From a virus (taxonomy: Duplodnaviria; Caudoviricetes), in the IMG/VR virus record IMGVR_UViG_3300012940_000002, positions 1-56,198 of that record: a stretch of 56,198 nucleotides of DNA; one strand, written 5' to 3'. Made by a program: the position numbers and the translations under genes. This document shows positions 28,469 through 39,500 of this stretch, piece by piece (position 1 is the first letter of the stretch; each line of letters opens with the position of its first letter). The notes under the pieces are model-generated. The model had not been told where the DNA came from and ran no database searches. It was given only the letters and a program-made list of their open reading frames with translations.

Positions 28469-28813
28469 TCAGGTGTTGATGAGGTTGAGCACGATGTACT
28501 CGCCACTCTTCCTCTGAACCTTCAGTTCCAAGTTGTAGCGGATACCGACTTGGGAACAGAACGCGAGAGCCGCGTAGAGGTCTGTGCCAAACTTCTCAAT
28601 TCGCACGAACGCGTCAGTCACGGTGTCGTAAAGAACGACACGAACAGCCTCGATGTCGAGACGCGCTTCCAGCGAGTTGACGCGCTGCTGGAGCGGTTCC
28701 ACGCGCTTCCAGTGGTAGTGGTTACACGCAGCGAAGGTGAGCCAGGCCACGGCGACTGCCACGACGAGAGCGAAGAGCAGAGCAATGGTAATGGTCTGAG
28801 TCGTCGTGAACAA
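28469..28813 (-). CDS. Membrane-anchored protein (114 aa)
   Basis: TTG start after AGGAAGGA; N-terminal TM helix. Confidence 0.7.
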   Translation of the reverse strand: MFTTTQTITIALLFALVVAVAVAWLTFAACNHYHWKRVEPLQQRVNSLEARLDIEAVRVVLYDTVTDAFVRIEKFGTDLYAALAFCSQVGIRYNLELKVQRKSGEYIVLNLINT

Positions 28814-28831
28814 GGTTGTTCCTTCCTATTC

Positions 28832-28860
28832 TTGACTTGATAAACACAATAGTCTATCTT
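28832..28860 (+). promoter_or_regulatory. Candidate sigma70-type promoter TTGACT-17-TATCTT facing the structured non-coding region
   Basis: Exact 17-nt spacing; however, the -35 hexamer is also part of a recurrent minus-strand motif. Confidence 0.45.
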
Positions 28861-28869
28861 TCACCAACA

Positions 28870-29660
28870 AACACAATGTATGTTTGAGCGTACAGCAGTA
28901 CGCGCTCACAGCAGTGAGCACAGACACGAGATAGTGAAATACTCCGCGCAACATCCCTGTTCATGCTACTTGTCGTGAACGCTGTTCGTAGCCCATCATA
29001 GCGTGAGCGCTCGGCGACCGGGCGCGCGACCGTCTAGGGAGCGCGCTAGCCACAGGGCGCGTTTTAACCGCGTGTCGCCCAGATAAAACGCGAGATAAAA
29101 CGCGGACCCCATGCGAGACATGGGAACCCTCCGCTTTTTATTGCGTGTCACTGCGTGGACTCAAAAATTACAAGTTTTTTCTGAGCGAGAATAGCTTGGT
29201 GATGAGATCGTGAATGATGAATAGAAAATTGTAATCGTAGATAAGAGATGTACGAGTAGAAAATTGAATATGAGAGAGAGAGAAAAAGTTTTGGTCACTT
29301 TTGGGTCCACGCGCGACACGCGGCTTTTGCGGGGTGGTTTGCCCATGCGAGACATGGGCACCGCGTTTTATCTCGCGTTTTATTTTGCGGTTTGCTGGGT
29401 GACACGCGCCTAAAACGCGGGCCACGACCCCCCTATACTGACGACGTCAGTCGTGGCCTCGTGTGTTCGCCGCTAGCGCGAGCACGGCCCTAGAGCGAGT
29501 TTAAGCTGTACAGAGTGTTCTTAGTTGGAACACTCTTGCTACATGATTGTGACGATGAACTAGTTTCATCTCGTTGCTTGGGTGGTGTCTCGTCAGTTAA
29601 CACTGACGCAAGCGCTATAAGCTGGAATAGTAACGTGGTGGAACTGGTTATCGTCATGTA
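28870..29660 (+). ncRNA. Large structured non-coding element (ncRNA or ssDNA structure/origin)
   Basis: Nested imperfect inverted repeat with a 23-bp perfect core (29083-29105 / 29361-29383), many side hairpins, G-T wobbles on the + strand, no credible ORF. Confidence 0.55.
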
Positions 29661-29668
29661 TAGTTGTT

Positions 29669-29710
29669 AAAAATAAAAGAACAAAGGGGCTTTCGCCCCA
29701 TTGTCCTTTG
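29669..29710 (-). terminator. Intrinsic terminator after the 29720 gene
   Basis: GGGGC-GAAA-GCCCC with extended stem, then TTTGTTCTTTTATTTTT on the minus strand. Confidence 0.85.
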
Positions 29711-29719
29711 TTGTGAGCC

Positions 29720-30073
29720 TTACGGCTTCTTGTTGTTGCGCTTCTTGGCCTTCTTGGGCTGCGAAGCGAGCTGCTGCAGTGCCTGCAGAATCAGGAGCGT
29801 GTCCTGTGAGGGTCCGGTTGCGACCTGGTTGGGCGCAACCTTGGCGTTGAGCTGGTTGTACGCTTGTGCGTAAGCGAGCGCCTCGTCCGGGTCGCGCATC
29901 ACGAGACGGCCCTGGCTGTCGTAGTGCCAGAGTGCCTGTGTAGCGACGGAAGACTGGAGGATCTGCTGCTGTCCCTGGTTGCGCTGTGCGAGCGCTTCCT
30001 GGTCCAGAACGCGCGAGACCATCCTGTTCGTGGGATCGAAGAGTGACGTGAGAAAAGCCTCTTGCATCTGCAT
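29720..30073 (-). CDS. Gln-rich hypothetical protein with basic tail
   Basis: ATG at 30073 after AAGGAG; followed by a terminator. Confidence 0.75.
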   Translation of the reverse strand: MQMQEAFLTSLFDPTNRMVSRVLDQEALAQRNQGQQQILQSSVATQALWHYDSQGRLVMRDPDEALAYAQAYNQLNAKVAPNQVATGPSQDTLLILQALQQLASQPKKAKKRNNKKP

Positions 30074-30506
30074 GGTGTCTCCTTGTGACATGGAAGTACC
30101 GATTTAGTACCAGAAAATCTAGAGTTGAATAGTGTCTGAATAGAGACGATTTAGTGACTTGAAAGTCACGTTCTTCTAACTACTTATACTAAGTAGGGGG
30201 GTATAGTTGTTATGTTGTATTTATGTCAATATCATCCATGAGCTCGGAAAAAGTTTTCAAGTTTTTGTACCCAGACCCCCACACGGTTATGTAACCTCTG
30301 GAAACGGGAGATAGCGCCCGAACACCAACCGAGATTCCAGATTCTCGGGCCTGATCCCAGGTCAAGTTACGGGTCTCGAAAGTTAGCTCGTGGGTGGGTA
30401 CCGACGTCGGGAGAGTTGCGGGCGAGTGTCCAGGGAGAGGCCACGCGACGAGAGGGTGCTGATTGAGGCGCGGGGGTAACGGCCAGCGGGACGGGTCGCG
30501 GCAGGC

Positions 30507-30512
30507 TATACT
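30507..30512 (+). promoter_or_regulatory. -10 box TATACT upstream of the giant gene
   Basis: About 45 nt before ATG 30556. Confidence 0.5.
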
Positions 30513-30555
30513 GGGAGCGTTGGCCCGCACCCCGTTGGCAATCTCAGGAGTAAGT

Positions 30556-33500
30556 ATGGCGACTGACTGGTCCGCGTTCGGCGGCTCGGGCAACGACACA
30601 CCGTCGAACTCGGGTGGCGGCAGCCAGCGCACTGACTGGTCAAAGTTTGGCGGAACCGGGGTCTCTGCTCCTTGGGAACAACGTGGAGTCGGGTGGCTCG
30701 CAGGCGGGCAGCAGGGTAACACGGAGAACGCCTTCGACAATGACTTCTACGACACCTGGAACAAGCAGGTGGAGAAGGCGGCGAGCGAGAATCGACTCCT
30801 GGACTTGTACGGTCAGGATGATTTCACCGGTATCGTTACCCGCGACGACGCTAAGTACGGTGTGCGGTTCGGAGACGTGTTCCGGAACGGCCAGAAGCAG
30901 TTCAACGTCCTGCAGAACAAGGACATCCCGGAAGACGTAGCCTACCAGATGCTCGGGCGAGTGACCCTGAGCGATGATGAGCTCGCACACGCGACCAACG
31001 CCAACAGCCTGAAGGAAGCCGTCGAGAACAAGCGGAGAGTCAACGAAGACTCCGCTCGCAAGGGGCGGTCCGCACAGGTATTCCAGGACAAGGTTGACAA
31101 GCGTCAGGACGAGTTCAACAAGGGCTTCGGCGACGAGACTATGATCCTGGCTACCGCGGCTGGCGGTGGTGCTGCTGCTCTCGGTGCCGGTGCTGCTATC
31201 GCTGCGGCAACAGGTGTTGGCCTACCCGTCGCTGCGATTCTCGGTCTCGCCGCCGGTGGTATCGCGCTCGGTACTGCCGGTGGTCTGCTCAACAAGGACC
31301 TGCTGTCTGAAAACTTCGCGAGGCAGCAAGTACTGATTGAGGAAGCGAACCGTCGCAAGGAGGGTGCGGGCGTCACTCAGTTCCTGCGCTCGTTCGGAGA
31401 AGCGTACGGGCAGACCATTCAGCCAACGACGAACGTTGTCATGGGTGGTTACGACCTCGTCGCCGGTGGCGGCAAGTGGAACGACGAGGCTGAGTGGTAC
31501 GCGACTGACCCGGAGACTGGAGAGTCGCTCAGGAACGGCTGGTGGGACGTCGCCCGGTTTGGTGCCGGTGCCGTGGACGCGTTCGGAAGCAGTGCTGGTG
31601 CCGGTCGAGCCGCGTACGTCGGTAGCATCGGCGCGTCGTTGCTTGGACAAGGCAGCCAGCTCGCTTACCAGGGTGAGATCTTCAACGACCGGTCCGGTGA
31701 GTTTCAGAGCATCTACACCGACGAGGATGGGAACCTCGACCTGTTCCGGGCCGGGTCTGCTTGGGCCGCTTTCGGCATCGACGCTGTCCAGTCACTCGGG
31801 GTTCAGGGCATGCTCTCTGCCTCTGCTCGACGTGGACAGCGCGTCGGCGGGGATGTTCAGGAGCGAGTCTCTGCCGGTGGCCTGCGTTTCAATCTCGACG
31901 CTGAGGGACGAGCCGTCGGGTCTGTTCGCCCAGGCCTTGCCTTCCTCGCTCCCTCTGAGTCTTTCCGAGGTATCGCTGCTTCGAGCCTGCTACGAATTCG
32001 TAACCGGGGAGTAGCCGCTGACGCAGACGACCTCTACCGGGCGATCCGCGCCCTGGAGACAAAGGCGGGTGCGGGCTGGGGCGCGACTCTCGTTACCGGC
32101 CTGTCCGAGGGCTACGAGGAGGGCGTGCAGGCGGTCCTGAACCAGTGGGCGACCGGTAGCGAGTTCGACCTCGATGAAGTCGTGCAGAGCGCCCAGCAGG
32201 GTCTCGCGATGGGTCTTGGCTTCGGTGCCGGTGGCGCGATCATGGCGCGTGGCGGGGACCGTGCCCTGAGAGCAGCCGCTGACGCTGCGCGTGTCATGAA
32301 GGCGCGTGGTAGCGAGGCGCTCAGCGCTTACACGGACGAGGAGTGGAACGCCCTGAGTGATACTCAGAAGCGTGCTGCTGCTCAGCTTAGTCAGGTCGAG
32401 AGCGCGATTCTCAAGAAGGCTCTCGGGAATGCTTCGATCAACCAGGCTCGGAAGATCCTGGAGGCCGACCCCGCTGCTCAGAAGCGGCTGGAGGTTGCGC
32501 GCATCGCGCTCGCTGAAGAGGCGATGAAGAAGGCCGCGCCCAACACGAAGAGTTACATGCGGATCACGGCCTTTGACGACCCGAGCGTGCCTGGTGACAA
32601 GTTCCAGGCGTCGTTCGTTCGTGTCGCGACCATGCTCGAAGACCACCGCACAGCGATCGAGCTCATGGCCTCCGGTGGCTCGCCTGACCAGACGATCGAT
32701 CCTGACACTCAGGCTCTCGCCGGTAGCGCGCTCGCCGAACTCGACCTGCTCATGCCTTGGCTGGAGAGCCAGGCGGTCGCCTACCGCAACGAGAACCTGG
32801 CCGGTCGTCGCTTCATCACGCGACAGATCAACGCTGTGCTGAACTTCTGGGGCAGTCGCGTTCCGGTAGACCCTGCGCTGAACGTGCCGACGCACCTGAC
32901 TGCTCCGGCCAATTCCGACGAGCAGGTGCTCGCACGCGCGTACGCGGTGAGCATCAATTTGGCTCGCGACCCGATCGACCAGAAGATCAGCTTCCAGCTT
33001 CTCGTTCCCACGATCTCTGACGTGATGACCGAGATGAACGCGAACCAGACCATTCAGGTCTCTTACTCGCTGCTCAATGCTATCGGTGGAGACTTCGACG
33101 GTGACCGCATCCGGTCGATCAGTCGGCTCGTGACAACCCCCGACGAGTTCCTGCGCGCACGCTCTGGTGAGCGCTCTGTCACTGCTGTTCGTGAGAGCGC
33201 TATCGAGACCCGTAAGTTCGAACTCGCGTGGATGGACCAGTACCGTCAGGCCTCTGGTGCGGCTCAGTTCGGTCGCCTGGTCCTGGACACGCGCGCACGA
33301 ATTCGGGACGAGATTCGGACGACCGTGTCTCCGGACCCGCGCATTCAGCAGTTGCTCAGTCAGATGTTCGCTGAGATTCGTGCCGGTGTCGCGGACCCGA
33401 GCCCGATCAGCATGTTCGTCACGCGCGTGATGCAGGATCCGGAGCTTGCCACTAGTCTGCTCGCGGACGGTCGTGACAAGCTGTACAACGTTCCGGAGCG

Positions 33501-36500
33501 ACTGAACCGTATCGTGTCGAACGGTCTCGCAGAGTTCTCTGAGAGACTGTCGGTCGTGCAGGCTCCGGCAGACCTTCAGTACAACCCCAAGGAGCCGATC
33601 CCCGCCCGTCAAGGTGGACCCAAGATCGCGGAGACGAGCGCAGTAACACGTGGGCGCACGGCGTTTCTGGAGAGCCCTGCGGTGCAGATCTTCCGCATCT
33701 TCCAGCAACTCCGTTACTCGCCGCTCCGCTCCCCGGTGGAGGCACGCCACCTCGTAGACCGGGAAGAGCCTCTCCTGGCCGACCTGCAGGATCTTTACTT
33801 GCAGCTCGGCCAGGGTGAGGTTGAGAGCGCAGTCGAGGCCGCCTACGCCGACGCCGAGGTCAACGCTCGCGTGATCGCCTGGCTCGAAGCCATGAGTGCC
33901 GAATCCGCGAACCAGGGTGAGCGCATCCCTGTTGCTGTCCTGTCTTCTATGTCGGTGCCGCACTTCAACGATAAGGGCGAGTTCGACGGCATGGTCACGC
34001 TCGCTCAGTCTCTGCTTGAGCGATCGCTGGCAATCGACGAGGCAAAGTACGGTCCGCTCATCGAGAGCGACGTGAACCTGAAGGCTCGGTTCGCGCGTAT
34101 CAAGGAACTGACCAAGCCCCCGCGCTCGGACTCCAAGGAGCCGATTCACAAGAAGCGCGCCGGTGCCGCGTTCGTGTACATTTTTGGTCAGATGTCCGTC
34201 GAGCAGGTCGTCGGTCAGCACGATGCGATGCTCAACGCCCAGGCAACCATCGACACTCTCTACCGCGAGTACAGTGACCAGGATTACCACGGTCGTCGCT
34301 CGTGGATGCGGTCTGCCAAGTCTACCGCCATGTACCCGGATCGCCGCCACGACAGCGACCTGCCGTACTCGGAAGAGACCGCGATGTCGGCGGGCGTCAC
34401 GCCCTACTCGATCATGATCGATGCGATCGAGGAAGCCGGAAACTTCAACCTGGCGGTCAACGAATTCGGCGACCCGACAGGTATCGTGGCTCGTCAGAGT
34501 GATGACGTGTCCAAAGAAGTGAATGAGATTGTCTCCGAGATTCACGAGGGGATTCGTCAGGCAGCGCTGCCTGAGCACCGCGAACTCACAATGGAGAACC
34601 TGCAGATCTTCCTGCAGCAGAACCCTCGCGTGAGTGAGGCACTCATCAACCTGGTCGCCTACGACCCCAAGCTCGCTGCAGTCTTCGCAGACCTCACGTT
34701 CGAGGGTGACAGCGTTAACCAGGTCCGCATGGCACCCTGGCTGTACGAGGCCCTGCTCCTTCCGCCGAAGCAGGCTGAGTTGAGCATTCTCATGAACTCG
34801 GCACTACTCTCGTGGCGGGCCAAGGACATCCAGACTTCCGCTCCGTCGGAACTGGATGATGACCCGACCGGTGACGTTCGCGACTACGGAAAGTTGGACG
34901 ACAGGCTTCACCAGTTGTTCTTCGTTCTCGGCAAGCAGGATCCGTCCGGCATGAAGATTGCCGGTCTTCTCGCTGACGTCGAGAAGATCATGAACTCCGG
35001 TGGTGGTGTGCAGGAGTTCATTCGGCTCCTGAACACCAAGTACCGTGGCAACCAAGCCCCGTTCGTGGCCTGGAACCGTGATGTGGGCACCTTCGACTCG
35101 TCCGCTGTGCTCCGGTTCGGTGCGTCGGTGGCGGGCACTGAGCAGCGCAAGGCGATCAGCGAACTGCACAACGCCGTCAAGGGCCTGTCCGTGACGATCG
35201 CTAAGGAGCAAGAGGCTCAGCGCGCTACCAGCGGACTACTCGCCAAGGCTCGCGCTGAGCGTGCTGCGGGCACTGTCACCCAGAACGGCCCCCGCATGGC
35301 TCTTCGCGAGGCCATTCAGTTCATGCGCGAATTCGAGATCAGCATCGGTCCGAACGAGATGGTTGACTCGCTCACCGCCGCTCTCGAGACTTTCTACGCG
35401 AAGGCGGCAGACAAGGGGGTCGGCCCTGACGAGTTCGCCCCGGTCGCTGCTCCTGAAGTCTTGTTCCACGAGTTCGGTATCAACTTCACTCGGGTTGACA
35501 CCAGTTCGGGTACCATTGACCTTGACACGGTCATTGCCAACCCGCAGATACTCCTTCGCGGCCCCATCACCATTGTGGATCGTGAAGGCAACGAGTTCGA
35601 GTGGCTCCCTGAGGACCCCAGCCTCACCGATGAAGACGCGATCGAAGATCGCATCATCGACCAGATCGAAGCCTTCGTGCTTGATAACTGGGAGGGAGCC
35701 ACTCGTTCTCAGAACCTGCCGGTCCAGTCTCAGGGCGTGGCACAGAGTCTCATTCGTCGGCTCCTGGAGCCGTCGGTGTGGCAACTCCGTGCGGACGGTC
35801 GGGGCTTCGAGCAGAGGTCGCTCGTGGACGACGGCCTGTACGGTCTGCTTAGTCGTGACGCGTACAGCCGACTGCTCGGTGACGCGAATGCCCCCATCGA
35901 AGAGCATGACCAGGGTAGCCTGGTGGATCTGCTTACGCTCATCAACTCGTCCTCCAACCGTTATGGTCAGGACGTGGCGGTGCAGCGCTACCTCGCTCGG
36001 TACCTCGCGCACGCCGCCTCGTCGCTAGAGCGCCTCTCAGCCAGTGATGCTCAGCGTTTCGTTCAGGATACCATGCACGAACTGGGTTACGTGCTTGGTA
36101 AGGTTGGTGACCTCGTTGCAGAGCAGGTCGTTGACGACGACTGGACTCTGCCCCAAGACGAGTTCGACCGAGACGGCAACCCGACTGACGTCCTGACGAA
36201 CATGCGAGAGTCTGCTCGTGAGCAGCGCCTCGACTCCTGGCTCCGTCAGCGCTTCCAGACCGGTCTCCCTCGTGGGAACCGTCAACAGATCGACCAGTGG
36301 CTCATCGCTGAGACCAACACCCTCATCATGGGTAACATCCCGGCGAACCTGCAGGAGCGCTGGGAGCGTGCGGTTCAGTCGCAGGATGTTGACGCGATGA
36401 ACCAGGCGTGGGACGAGATCCACGCCCGCGTCACCGATCCCGCTCTCGCGGGTAAGTTGGCCGAAGTCCGGTTCGTTCGGGACGTGTTCCTGTCTCGTGA

Positions 36501-39500
36501 GCCTGTCCGTGCCCTCATCGAAATGTTCGGGTACCCGCCCGCTGGTGACGGTGACGCCGCTTCTGCTCGTCGTGTCATGCTCAGCAACTACGTCAAGATG
36601 CACTTTACTGACCTGCGGAACCGCAATCCGTGGGCAGACGGTCCAATTCACCGCATCAGCAACGCGACCGGTCGAGAGATTGGTAGCACGACTGACCCAG
36701 GTACGACCGCAGCCAGCGAGAGTGACTGGAACGAAGTCTCGCGCGCTGTCATTGCGATGGAAATCACTCGCCTCGCTGGTCGACAGGGCGCTGCCGAGGT
36801 CTCACTGCCTCAGTTCCCCAAGCTCGTCGGTCCTGACGTCGAACTCACTCCCGAATTGAAGGACTGGGATCCGAGTCAGCAGTATATCTTTGACGAATTG
36901 CTCGACATCAAGTCCCCACTCGTGCGCGCTGCTGCCAACATCAGCATGCTCGGTCGTCGGGAAAACTCGGTTACCCCAAGCGAGGTTGCTGCTTCTCTCG
37001 ATCGTGGCCTCGGCAAGCCCGAGCGTCTTCACACGTGGACACTCTTCATTCCCGGATCGGCAAAGGAGGCGAACGACCGCTTCGACTCTGCAGCCGCAGA
37101 GTACCTGGTCGCCATGGGTGGTCAGCCGCAGGACTTCGTGTCCCTCGCGGCTGCTACTCGCTCTGACTTCGATCCGGCCAAGATCCAGCAGGTTGGCGGG
37201 CTTGATGCAAATCTTGTTTCCGTCACGCTCGCTCCGAAGAAGGGTTCGACACCACCGCTGACGGTCGGCGACCTGGTGTACGGTAATCCCCTCAAGTTGC
37301 GTCTTCAGACGAGCAAGGGGTCCCAGCCCGGCAAGATGATGCCGCTCGCCAACCTGCATGGCCGCTTCGTGAAGACTTTCAAGGTCGGTGGCGTTGACCA
37401 GCCGATGGAGAAGTTCGCAGTCCTCGACCCGGCTTCCGGCTACTGGGTGCTCGACCTCGATCGTGCTCGACAATTCTTCGGGAAGACGCCTCGGGCCTCC
37501 CTCGTTGAGATAGAGCTCGTGACGCAGGACCAGAAGGCCGTCTTGACGAGCACGGGTGACACGACTGGCCTGGCTCACAGTCAGTACTTTGACGGTGTCA
37601 TCGACCCGATCACCGACATCGACTCACCTCGCTCGCTCATAGGTGCGATGCTCAGTGCTGCCGGTGGCTTCGGTCGCCTGGAGCAGCAGAACGCTCTCCA
37701 GGCGAACAAGAAGGGTGTGCGTGCTCTGCGTCGAGCGACGCTCTTCTCGCGTCGTCAGCGCGCGGTCATGGAGACTTCGTGGGCCACCGATCTGTCTCGC
37801 GTGCTACACCTGAAAGCAATGGGCATTGCTCAACAGGGTTACAATCTCGCCGAAAACGACTGGCGCTTCTACAACGCGTTCTACAAGCTCCAGGAGACGA
37901 AGCACTTCGTCATCTCTGCCAAGGGTATGTGGAGCGCCGCTCGTGTCATTCAGTGGCAGAACCAGAACCCCGGTGTGCCGATCACGAGCGACGAGGCCCT
38001 CGGCCCTGACGCTCGACTGTACGTGCCGCCGATGAAAAAGCTTCGGGCCATGTACGGTGACTACGGCCCGAAGGCTCTCAACCTGCCGAACGGCGAGGTC
38101 TGGACGGGAGACCCGACGGACATTCCGATCTTCGACGGCGTCAGCACCGAGCGCCTCGCTGCTGAAATCCCTGGCGCGTTTGCTCGTACTAAGAGGTCTC
38201 TCATGGAGACTGAACTCGCCGCTCGTCGGCCCTTCCAGAAGTACGCGGGTACCCGCTTCCTCAAGTCTGAGAAGACCATGGAGCGGGCGCACCGACTCGT
38301 CGTGCGTGACACTCTCGCTGAGCGCATTGATTCCGAGCGCTTCAACTACCCGCAAGACTGGGAGAAGGTCTCGAAGGCGGGTATTGATGTTCTGAAGAAG
38401 ACCTTCAGGTCCATGCCCAACGTAGATTGGCGGACACTCTTCGGTATCCCGATCGACGCCAAGTCTGACGAACTGACTCAGCACCTGGCAATGACAGCGG
38501 TTCAGGACCGCATCACGGCAGCGAACAGGAACGGTCGAGAGGCTGTTCTTCTGTTCCGTGAGACTGACACGGCTCGCACTCCGGGTGACGGTGTGCTCAC
38601 CGCTGCTACATGGGGCCGCGCCTCTGCTCGTGGTATCGAGGCAGGCCCCCGAGACATCCTGGTGGTCGACGTCGATTCTTGGACAGAAGAGCAGTTCAAC
38701 CGGGTGGGCTTCGAGCGGATGCGTCAGTTTATGGAGACTGGCGCGGAGATCTACTTGGCTACCGAGAACAACACTGTCCGAGCAGGTATCCTCGCTCGGT
38801 TCCTGCAGCAGTCGGGCCGCTACGAGCCGGTCCCCGGATCACCGTACCACTACCGGGAGCGCAACTACCAGCAGCCCCGGAGCCGTGACACGGAAGCCCT
38901 CGACTCGACGCTGGTTTCTACTCAGCCCATCTCGGGTGAGAACAAGGCAGTCGTCTTCAAGGGCTTCACACTCCAGATCGAGGAGAACGCTGCAGGCGTC
39001 AAGAATCCCGAATACTTCAACCAGCGCGAAGTAGCAGTCGCCACAAACATCGTTCCGACGCGCGTGTACCCCGGCTTCGCTGTTCCGAAGACTGACAAGA
39101 CTCAGCGTCAGGTCGTGAACCGTGTCAAGGAACTCGCGGCCAACAAGCCGTCGTGGATGAGCGAAAGCATGCACCGTGCGATCGTGGTTCTCGACAAGAA
39201 GTACGACAGCATGCGGAGCGGTGGCGAGTTCCCGCTCGGTCAGCTTCGCGAGGGCGACGCGATCCCGCTCGTGAAGTCGAAGCCGAACGGTGAGATCCAG
39301 ATCTACTTTGCTCGCTACAAGCATAATGATGCGAACTGGCGTGATGTGCAGCAGCAGTTCAAGGATCACGAAGACATCGCGTACACCGATAAGGAAGTGA
39401 ACTCGAACTTCACTGGCTTCGAAGGCTGGGTCGAAGAGTTCACAACGCACTCCCGCAACGGTATCCGTGTTCGGATGCGGGTGCCTCTGGAAGTCCTGGG

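Noticed and set aside
29069-29408. GACAC repeats as WhiA/WhiB boxes
   Set aside because: A 5-mer is too short, no whiA is encoded, and the copies are explained by stem pairing
29161-29425. Two short minus-strand ORFs in the structured region
   Set aside because: No RBS, atypical composition; explained by the repeats
30463-30555. Tracked TTG start of the giant ORF
   Set aside because: ATG 30556 has an AGGAG RBS and lies downstream of the -10 box
30210-30740. 176-aa minus-strand ORF
   Set aside because: Overlaps the giant gene start in antisense; Pro-rich; no RBS
31990-34578. 862-aa antisense ORF inside the giant gene
   Set aside because: Shadow frame from GC3 bias; no RBS or motifs
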